A stretch of 64,000 bases of DNA from Amphiscolops sp. MND2022 (Eukaryota): the NCBI GenBank assembly GCA_964187785.1, contig OZ076409.1:22136001-22200000 (forward strand), given 5' to 3'. Under the pieces are notes generated by a model that did no database searches, was not told where the DNA came from, and saw only the letters and a list, made by a program, of their open reading frames with translations. Position 1 is the stretch's first letter; each line of letters starts with the position of its first letter. Of this stretch, positions 49,323 to 60,200 are shown in pieces. A program made the position numbers and the translations under genes.

Positions 49323-50881
49323 GATCCATCTAAGCCACAAAACTTAGAGAACTAGATTTGGAGAACTTTAGAGAACTAGAACTGCCTATATTTGCCTTAT
49401 TTTAGTGTTATTGAAGCATTTTGTTAGTGTTAGCAACTGTAACTGAAACATAACTGTAACTGTAACTGAAATGCATATAACTTGCATTTCAGGTCTTGTG
49501 ACATATTTGAAATTTTGAACCCATTTTTGAACTCCTCGATGAGCATTTCCTTGATTTCAGGCTTTCTTTTCGACCATTTTTTTTCTAAATTTCATTTGTG
49601 AAAAACGTAACTTTAACTGAAATTTGAAATCAATTCAGTTGCCTAACACTACATTTAGTGTTTTCATTGTTTCTTCTTGGACAGTATTTGGTTGTCATGT
49701 TAGTTTAGAAAGAACATTTTAAATGAGAAACTATATTTTTATTCAAGAACAAATGTGCTTTCGTGTTGGGCGGGGGGGGGGGGGTTTGGGGAATTCACAA
49801 CACGATGTACCTGGGGGTGCGGACCTTGGTAAATACTGAAAAATGAGTAATTTTAAGGGCGTTCGGTTCTAAATGAATAATTGCAATCAATCGCAGTAAT
49901 TAGGTTCACATTCGCGGATAAATAATGTAAAGTGACCTAGCATGAATTCATCGTATGATCATTAATTGTTTTTGTATCTAGTTTTGCCCATAAATTACAT
50001 TACCAATTATTTTGCTTGTTTCAGTGAGACCCTTCAGAGGCCACGTTCCCGACGTGGGTCTTGTTATGGGTGACACAATGTGATCCCCAAACTGAGAGCC
50101 TCTTTAAAAATACATTATACTGGGAAAAAGTGATGATTTGTTGTGAATTTATCATAGCAACCACTTGTTCCCGACATTTTTGTTATCAACATTGGTGCAA
50201 CAATTAACAAAAAAATCTCTTTTTGAACTTAATCCTAGGGGTATTTGAGTTTTACTTAGAAATTTTCAAATTATACTTGTTTCATTATTTCATTTACAGT
50301 TTGTGTAAATTCCTTGTATTTCACACAATTTGTTAAAGCGACTGAGTATGTTGAGATATGAATTCTGAGTTGCAGCGTCTTGTGCAGAAGTCATTTGTTT
50401 TTTAATTTTACCAAAAAAGGGCAATTTTGCTTTCCATGTTGCTCAAAAATTATTAATTTTGGTTATTATTGTGGTCATTAATTTTTCCTGCTGAAAAGTT
50501 TGTGGAAACTGGTTGTTTGGTTATCAAAAGGCCCAATTATGATTTAATCCTAATTTCCGCTGCTGCAACAATGTTTTTTTATCAATTTTTATTTCGTTGA
50601 AAATCGGACCATCTTGCCAAAATTTTTCGGCAACTTGGGTTCCAGCTCGACGCAAGTTGGAAACAATTCAATTTTTTCAATTTTTTTGTAAGTTGTGCAG
50701 AACTTTCTTTCAGTGAAAAAAACGAAAGATATGGCCCCAGGCAGTACCAGATTTTTTTTTGGAAAAAAATTCCCACTGGAAAATTTTTTTGGGGGTTGTC
50801 CCAGTTGCTGTCCATGTTGCTCTGAAGATATGGCAACTTGGCAAGTTTTTCAATTTTTTCTCACCAGCAACTTGTCCCTGA

Positions 50882-50960
50882 TTTTTTTATATATATATAT
50901 ATATATATAAATATATAATATATAATATATAAATATATATAAAAATATAAATAAATATAT
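50882..50960. repeat. TA-rich microsatellite
   Basis: (TA)n tract. Confidence 0.9.
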
Positions 50961-51826
50961 CTTCTCTTGGGAAGATGATGGAAATGTTTGAATTACTATT
51001 ATTAATTTTAGCTAAACTACTAGGTGAGTATTTAATAAAATCAATTTTTCGAATAGATTTATCCATAGCATATTTATTTTTCAATGAAAACAATTCCATT
51101 TAAATAAGAAACAATATCCATTTTTTCTCCAAACCTTTGGTTTGGATAAGAATAAAAATTAGTATTTATATTTTATACTGATTTTATTTTTACTTGAAAA
51201 ATTTATCCTAAAAAAGTAATTTCAGAATTTCAGTACAATAACAGAACAATACCAAAGAATTAACAGTACAATACCAAAACAAACTAGCTTTGAATCCTTT
51301 TGATGTTAAGCGTATGTACTTAAATCCAATAAAAAGTTTACCATGGGATAAACATACACAAAACGGTGACTGTCCTTTTATACTTTGTATAAAATTTATT
51401 GGTTTATATTATAAAGAAATGAACGAAAATAAAACAGACGAAGAAATTTATTTGATTACATGGTATTGTAAACAAACCCGGACTCATCAACAACTCCTAA
51501 AACTGATAAGTGATGGAGCACATCTTTTTTAATTATATTTTTATTTAGATATATATCTTCTCTTGGGAAGATGATGGAAATATATGAATTACTATTATTA
51601 ATTGTAGCTAAACTACTAGGTGAGTATTTAATAAAATCAATTTTTCGAATAGTTTTATCCATAGCATATTTATTTTTCAATGAAAACAATTCCATTTAAG
51701 TAAGAAACAATATCCATTTTTTCTCCAAACCTTTGGTTTGGATAAGAATAAAAATTAGGATTTATATTTTATACTGATTTTATTTTTACTTAAAAAATTT
51801 ATCCTAAAGAAGTAATTTCAGAATTT
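50950..51826 (-). pseudogene. Two ~280-bp direct-repeat copies of a truncated capsid-like N-terminus (Polinton/adintovirus-like)
   Basis: MELFSLKNKYAMDK..RKIDFIKYSPSSLA.INNSNS.ISIIFPRED at 51099 and 51695. Confidence 0.5.
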
Positions 51827-52117
51827 AGTTTAATTTCATGCGTAGCCAGCTTTGCTGTATTGTTTTTGTACACATCATAAGTTTGTTTTAATTTGTTGTA
51901 TTCATTCAGATCAATTTTATTGTCTTCCAAACATTTTGAATGTAGTTTACAGAAATCATTTAGTGTTCTACCAGCAGGAGTATATATATCAAAGATCCTT
52001 TACCAGAGATTCTTTATCATTATCATTAATTATGATTATTATTATTATTATTTATTATAAATTTAGTATTATAAATTTATTAATATTAAAATTTATTTAT
52101 TATTATAAAATTATTTA

Positions 52118-52850
52118 TCAAATTAAATCGAAATGCCTTTGTCCATCACTGCTGATACTTATCAGCTTGGATGTTAGGACTAGGGCATAAGCTATATAGT
52201 CTGCTACATCAATGTCAGCACTCAATTTGAATTCTAAACGGATTGGTTGACTCGCAATTTGATCTTTTTGTTTGCTGAGATCAAATACATAAAAATTATA
52301 ATTTGTCCTGAATTACGCAAATCAATTAATGGGTTGAGTAAGTTAGTTTCACTTTTTAACAAATAGAAGTTTTCAATTTCACTGTATGCTTGGTCATACT
52401 TATCCCGGTTGTAGTCACATTCTATTCCATCATCGGGATATTTTTCTGATCCTATTCTACAAACTGTATTTGAAACAGGTAAAGGATCAAATATTGCATT
52501 ATCAAGTGTTTGTGAATGGATTTTATTTCTAGCTTGAAAGTCAACAACAACGTATGTTGGTGTGGATTCGCCACTGTTACCTAATTCAAATGTCCACGAA
52601 TTATTCATGTTAACATCTTTTCTAAAAACAGTTCTTTCGGTATAAAATATTTCAGTTGGGTCTTTGTCTAATATTTGATCCATCACGAGTTGTTGGTTTT
52701 CCATTGATGGTGTGTAGTGTGGAATATACCAGAAGATGTCTTTTATCTTTATTTTTGCAGCATCCACATCGTTGTCCCTGATGATAGGGTCGTTACTATT
52801 ATTACGTTTTAACGTGAGACTGTAACCCAATCCATAAATTATTTTTTCTT
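52118..52850 (-). pseudogene. Double-jelly-roll major capsid protein C-terminal fragment (Polinton/adintovirus-like)
   Basis: YSLTLKRN, IFWYIPHYTPS, IGSEKYP, YDQAY, then after a frameshift FYVFDLSKQ...LEF...AYALVL...ISSDGQRHFD; recognised from memory of this family. Confidence 0.7.
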
Positions 52851-53139
52851 GATCAGCAAATTAATGTGATAGCAGTTGAAGAAACACTCCATAATAAAAC
52901 TCCATCAATAGATTGAATTAAACCGTTTATAATTTTATATATTTTAGATTTCTTTTTATACTTGTTAGCTTCATGATAATAAAAATTTTGAATATCTTTT
53001 ATACTTTGAATTGAATTATTAAAACTATTTGTTTCTTTTAATCGAAAACTAAACTATCTGATTCGCGTAAACTAGGATACAAATTTCCACTCATTTAAGT
53101 TCAAATAAAAACCTAATTTATAAAGTATTCACTCTTTAT

Positions 53140-53620
53140 AAAGTATGAAATTGAGAAACTTGCTAATAGAACGATAACTTTAGACAATGCAGGTGCATAT
53201 AGAAACCTGAAAACAAAAGTAGACGATTTATTCCGGTTTGGTAGACATCATAATATACAAGTTATTTATCTTGCGCACTATGCAAAGGATGTTCTACCTG
53301 TTGTAAGAGAGAATTGTTTTAAGATCTTTATAACAATCAACAATCCAGATAGTTTCTTTGAAACAATAGTAAGCACTTATATTATACCGAAGGAGCTTTG
53401 CTTAAAAGAAAATTGGAAACAATATCGTAGTCACTTAGAATTTGGTGTAATTGAATTTGATACTACATCACAAAAGTATAAAATACTCAACCACAACTAC
53501 TAAGTAGTATTTGATACAACTAAACATAAATGGAGTCCTGAAGAATATGTAAAATATGAAAGTTATTTCTTTACAGGTGAAGAATACAACAAACTCAAGG
53601 TGTTTTTAGAAGAGATGTGA
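53140..53620 (+). pseudogene. A32/FtsK-HerA-like packaging ATPase, C-terminal part
   Basis: Translation TITLDNAG...DLFRFGRHHNIQVIYLAHY...VRENC (Walker B-like and GRH motif); internal stop. Confidence 0.65.
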
Positions 53621-54101
53621 GTTAAAATCATTGAAAAACACCTTTTAATGTACCTTATTATTATGTATATCATTGTAAACAGAATAAAATTAAATTAAAA
53701 TAAAAAATTAAATAAATTAAATAAAAAAAATAATTTGTGAAAAAAGTAATGAAAAATCTGTCTGCTCCGATTGTGAGGATAAAAATAGATGTAAAGTGTG
53801 TAATATACTGAAAACAGATTTCTACAAATATAAAAATGGTAAATTGTATAGTAAATGTATAGAGTGTTTCAAAAAAAGTAAAATGTGAATTCTGTAATAA
53901 GGAATTCAATGAAACATATTTATCAAAACATATCGAGAGATTCCTTTTTAAAAAGATTCATTTAAATGATAATAAAATTCTAAATAATTATAACTAAAAT
54001 CATAATGATAAAAATAATATTATAAATCATTATGATGAAAATCATCATAATGAAAATCATAATAAAGAAATTGTAATGATGAAAATCATAATGATAATAA
54101 T

Positions 54102-54236
54102 ATGTTCAATCGAACATTAATAGTTGGCCCATCATTTGGTGGTAAAACTCATTCATTATTAAACCATATACAATTATATCGATTGTGTGATAGTGAAAAA
54201 CAAATACATATCATTACGAGAAGTCCTGAACAATAA
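54102..54236 (+). pseudogene. Truncated P-loop ATPase N-terminus
   Basis: MFNRTLIVGPSFGGKT...IHIITRSPEQ (Walker A), ending at a short duplication aagtcctgaacaa. Confidence 0.6.
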
Positions 54237-57200
54237 GTCCTGAACAAGCCATGTTTACAGTTGGTGAACTTTGAGTGGGATTGTAAGTTGTATTCATTTG
54301 ATATAAGGGGTCGGTTGATATATACGAAAGTGGAGGATTTTGAGATCGTCTTTGAGAAGATTGTACAATGTTAGAACATGGTATCCTTTGATTTTGTGGA
54401 AGAGAAATTGTTTGTCTGGAATTTGTTGATAGCGGATGTGTGTATGAGTGATGTGCTAACTAAGTAGGATTACTGTTAGGTTGAGAAGTATTTTGTATAT
54501 CATTCATTTGAATATTTGTATAAGATTGTGGATAAAAGGAGTAATTGAATGGGTCGTAATATCTGCTAGAGGTCTGCTGGTTATTTATGTTTTCAGATCG
54601 AATTGTTTTGTTTGGATATTTAAATGTAGAAGGGAGTGATGGAGGATCGTATATAGATCGAGTTATATTTTGTGTGGTATTGAGAATAGTTCTCGTAGGT
54701 GACGAAACATTAACAGAAGTATTACGGAGTGGAGTTATATTTTGGGTTTCATCTTGTGTTTCAACATCTGAATTAGAGGGAAAGTTAAAAGTAATGATGC
54801 GTCGTGGAGATGTATCTGAGTTTAATTGTGGCTTATATGTATTTGGTCTTGGACTAACAATTCTAGTTGGAACTCTAACAAATTGGCTATTTGGTGATTC
54901 ATCTTGTGTTGAAGTTGTAGATTCTGGGGTGGTATATTCATTAGTATTGTTTTCATTTATATGTTGTACAATATTTCCATTACGATTTTCATTTCGATTT
55001 TCAGGAGTGTAATCTTCATTATTGTTATCATTTTCATTGTAGTTTTCAATAGTAGTGAATAGACCTTGTTGTTCTTGAACATTTTGTTCATAACGATAAG
55101 GTCTATTGTCATCGATAAGATTGTTTTCTGTAATTAAACGAGGATCAAAAGTTATAAGATCAATGGTTTGCTTTGTTAGTTTATCTGGTTTGAAAAAACA
55201 AAGATGTTTATTCTTTTTATTTATGATGAATGGTGGACATTCATCAGCTGTAAGATGAGTTGTGAATGCTGTGAAAGCAGCTTGATCCTGTTCTGATCAT
55301 AGTAGTTGATAATTGAATCTGAAAAACTTAGAAATAAAGATATTAGTTTAATTTAGGTATTGATTGTTCGTTCAATATTATATCTTTGAGATAATGATAT
55401 AAGAAATTTTGTATCCGTATTATATCTGTTTGTAGCCAATGGTGAGGATTATCTTGAGTTAGAACTATTCTTTCTATATCGTCTACTTCGAAGTTGTGTA
55501 TATTTTGTTCAAGTTCTTGAAGTGCATTTGGGCTATATTTTGGATTTTCAAGTGCTAAATTGACTTCTTTGACTTGGTTTAAGAAAGCATGGAAAACGTC
55601 TTAAATATGGATTTGGAGATTACTTGGGTTGATTGTTCTTCTAGATGTTTGGGTTGTAGAAGTTTCTTGTTGAGGAAAGGTAAATTGAAAAGATGGATAT
55701 TCTCTAGAAACAGTTGTAGATCTATGTCTAATATAAAATAGATATGTATCCAGATGTTCTCTAATAAGAAGAATTGTTTCAAGTCTGTAAGGTTCAATTT
55801 CAAATGAAAGTGGTTTTGTATAGTTATAAACAATGTTGTGTAAAAATGGTTTTGTTTCTGTTTCTATTACTCTTGCATTTTTAATGTTAGGTATCTCAAA
55901 AGGTGAAGGAGAAACTTTTAAAGATTGCATGTTAGAGGTTATTTATTGATGTAGATAACTTTTCCAACAGGATGCAAAGTAGGAAAAGAACACAAAATGT
56001 ATATGTGGTAATAAGAAGTATTGTGCGAACGTTTTCCCACATGGTATGTTGTCTTAGTTTAATATTGAGAATTGTTGTTACTTTTACTGAAGGTTGTAAT
56101 TACAAAATTCTAAGACAAGTTTGTAAGGTGGTTAAGAAGGGTTAAAAAGCAGAAATGTAATAATGAAAGACGTTTTTATTTGAAATTGTTTTTAAGTTCG
56201 TGATCTTCGGTAAGTTTGTTGTTGGTTCAAAAGATAGAAAAAATATTGTTCGTTTTGCAGAATTAATCTCTCAAAGTCTACAGTTGTAGGGTTATGAATG
56301 GGGTTGGTTATTTGAGGAATTATATGTGAATAAATAGATATTAGGGAGTACAATGAGTTTGTTATTCAAGGATTGGTTATGTGTATTTGAGTTCATAGAT
56401 TTTATCGTGTATCCTATGTAATTGTTGAAGTATTTATTAGTGTAGATAGAGAAAAAGAAGCGGATGCAACGGAATCTGTATTCAACCTCAAGGATTGTTA
56501 ACAGAATCAGTTTATGATTTAGTCTGGATTAACGTGTCTGGCATAAGGCCACTGACACGCTCAGTGAAAGTTGTATTTTAGAGCTTGACTTTAATCAAGG
56601 TGTCTAACATAAGGTTATTGACACGTCTAGGAAAGCTAAGGGAATTTTAGTTTTAAGTGTGTGGTGTGTTTTAAGACTAAGGGAGTGGAACTCTGAAAAA
56701 TCAACGTCCACTATCCAAAGTCGGATCAATACTGATCAAGATCAAAAGTTTGATGATCTGTGTCTTTTACTTTTACTTTTACTTCCTGAGAATTTCGAAG
56801 ATTCGAACGTAGTTCGGTGTCCTCTAGATTATCCTTAGTGACGTTTAAACTTAACTGAAGTGTTTAGTCAGTCTTAAAATCAGATTATGAAGCTGAACGC
56901 TACAGTCTGATTGCTTAAATCTTACGGGAGGGAATAGGAATTGTGGGTGCCTGAAAGTATAAAACTACCCTTACAGTGTCTGTTTTATTTGCATGTCCAA
57001 TTTTAGATTTTAGGGCAAAAGAGTGTTCTAAAATTATATGCGTAGTTTTGTTGAATAAAATGTTTTGCGATTTTTTAAAATTAGTAGAAAGATTGGAGAT
57101 ATTGTTGACAGAAGAATGTTGTGAATGAAGTAACGGAAGACTTGGTTTCTTTTTATGATTTTCAGAGTCTAATTCTGAAGGTAGATTTTTTGAAGATTTC

Positions 57201-60200
57201 ATTAGAAAATGGATCCGAAACGTAAGAGTAGAAAATCCAGGTTTTCTGCCAACACGAAGTTGACCTTGAAACGTATGTGCTTATAGGTGAGGTGAGTCAG
57301 AGATGCACTCAGTCAACTATTACACCAGGAGTCCTTCTGACGTTATTGCCATGTCAAACCTGAGGTTATTGACGTGTCAAAGGTGTTAGGAAACCTTGAT
57401 AAACCGGACAGAAGACAAACTGTTTCAACAAGCTTCCGGATAGATGCGATAAATCAGTATGGAGAACAGAACTGTGTCACTGTGGATAAATCAGTCTGAA
57501 AGAAGAACAGAGCTATGTCACTGTGGATAAATCAGTCTGAGAATGTACCGTGTCAACGTGTTAGAAAACGTGATAAACCGGCAAACAAGAGAACAGAAGA
57601 AGAATCGTATCTACGTTTGTAGAAAAACGTGATAAATCGGTATTGGAGAAAATTTGTTGTATTCAGATGGAGAAATTGTTTGTCTAACAATAATGTGTTT
57701 TTTGAAGAAATTCAGAAAGGTACAGGTTGTATTTTCCAGAAAATCCACAAAATATCACTGCACTCAAAAAGACTTTCAATGAGGAAGAGTGGTAGCTTTT
57801 GTATTGATGAGAGAAGAGGAAGCATTCAGCGAAAAGAGAGTTTTTACAAGTCGCACCAAATTGTGCTGCTTTTAGAGTCTTACTTTTTAGTTGGTGGCCT
57901 TGTATCTAGATGGCACAGGTCTAACTTTTACGACAAGACTGCTTAGATCGATGCTAGCTAGCTAACTCTAGTAAAGCTTGGAGGTCTTAAAAAAAGAAGA
58001 AAGGAAGTCGACTAAATACTGAGTATTAGTTTTCTCTCTCTGAAGGAGTAGAGTTTTACAGTCATTCAATATTAAATAAATGTACATTCTAGAACATTCT
58101 ATAATCATCTAAATACTATTGGTTATTAATGTAGGTCAGTACAGACGTAACGAACATTGGAACAAGTGGAAAGAAGAATCCCACCGACAAAATGAATTGA
58201 AGCCATAGCGGTAACAGGCACGAAGAAAGCGATCGAATTTTCACATATTTCATAAAAGTAATGAGAAAAAAAGAGGTAACACCGATAGGACAGTTTCGAA
58301 ATATATTTACCTGAGGAATTGGTCTGCTTTTTTTTCTTTTGTTGAATTTCATTTCTGTATCTTGCAAAGACGCAAAAAATAATTTTCCATTTTTGCCATT
58401 CATGAGAACTTGCAATGAGCAGTACGAACAATCGAAAAACTGGAATTATTTCAAGAGATTTCACATATTAATCACAATCAATGAAAATGTTGAGTCACAA
58501 CAAGCATAATATTCATCCAATTTCCATCTACACTTTCACCGTAAAAAGAAATTACTAACTATTGACTACTGTTTCTATCTGCCTTGATAACTATCTACCT
58601 TGATATTTCTTGGATGTAAAACCGATGTACCTGCGCAAAATCTTGTAAATTCATCACATTTTACAACGTAAATATGAATTTTTCTTCGAAATACTTGAAA
58701 TTACCTTTCCAGTTTATATTTGTGGATTGGCAAGATTTGAAATTGAACAGAAATTGAGAAACCATCGTAAAATCATCACCTAATCCAGTCTTCAGTGAAA
58801 TCTTTCTTTTCCCTCATCCTATGAGTATTGAACAAGGCACAACGCTCAGAAACATAAGATACTTGTGAGTTTTATTAAAAATCCTCCGACAAGTTCTTCC
58901 ACAATGACTGAATTTAATGCTGCCGAAATTGAATCCGTAGAAAGATTCTTCTCAATTAGCTGGGATCAGAGAGGGTTACGAGAGGAACATTAGTGATCTT
59001 CAAACAGAATTTAGGCAACTGAGTGATCTAATGATGGCCGTACTAGGAAAATACAACAATAACAGCCAAGATGAGAATACTCACGGTTCTTCAAAGCAGC
59101 CCAAACAGAGACTTGACAGCACTTGATTGAGTTCGCTGGGACTGAATTGAACTGCTCACATAATGAACAAAAACTGTGGAACTAGAAGTTGCAAGATGAT
59201 AGAAAGTGATAGAACGGACCAATGTGTTTGATGTAACTGTTTCAATGCTCTTTAAACCTTCCTGTACTGGTCTATCAAACATAACCAACAATGGACCGAA
59301 ACTTGTTGAGTTTCACTTAATATTGCATTGCCTGCTTCGAAAACACAAACACAAGAGAATCAAAGAACGTGCCACAGTGTAAGGGAGTTCACAGAGCAAA
59401 CAATCCAGTCAAAGTTTTCAAAATTGAAAACAAATTGGAATCAGTCGAGGCGAAATCAACTTCCATGAATGACAAAAAGGATGAAGAAGACTTGGAAGAC
59501 CCCTGTAAACAAACTCAAGAACTAAACCTCAAAGTTTCATCGATTGTGGGACCTCACTATATCCACGGGGATATTAACAAAACTCGATAGTCATTCACAA
59601 ACCACTGAAGAAGGTAATCAAACACTAAACACAAATGCTGTTTATAAAAAAATTAAGGAATAGATACAACTATGAACGCTAAAAGGAAAAATCTAGGGCT
59701 CTTCGTGTCATGATCTTTACGACGCGCAATGCACGTTTAGTGTCGAAACATTTTGAAATGGGAGTCGAATTCATAAAGTTTTACAGTACCTACGACATCC
59801 CAGTGATATACCTAAGGAGAAGGAAGAACGGTCTTTGAAAAAACAGAGGGATATCAGAGACAGCAAGGTTTTGACCGACAAGATGAGAAAGGGAAACTTA
59901 GAGATGTTTTTTGACAAAAACTTTCCTATCAAACAGAAAAAAAATGGACCCTTTGAAAATACTTACTTGGGAAAAAATTCACATAAGAACTGACATTTGA
60001 TAGTCTGTAGTGATAGAAACTTGCCTCATTTAGGCTTGAACACGCTATACAGACCAACAAAAGCATTTTTTTTGCAATTAATGGATAATGCGATTAAACG
60101 TTCTTTTACTCCGGTGTACCTAATGAACATTGAGAATGTTACGACTACCTAACGGAGTGTGAATTTGGGTAGTCGTTTTAGTTTCTTATAGGTGTTGGAG

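Larger units (their letters stand above)
37433..50880. mobile_element. Putative tyrosine-recombinase element with SET and JmjC genes, copy B
   Basis: Homologous to copy A up to 50442. Left end lies in the gap; candidate right end at caacttgtccctg next to a TA tract. Confidence 0.65.

Noticed and set aside
54250..58100. Possible decayed LTR retrotransposon on the minus strand
   Set aside because: Strong strand bias and ORF remnants, but I could not identify gag, protease, RT, integrase motifs or paired LTRs.
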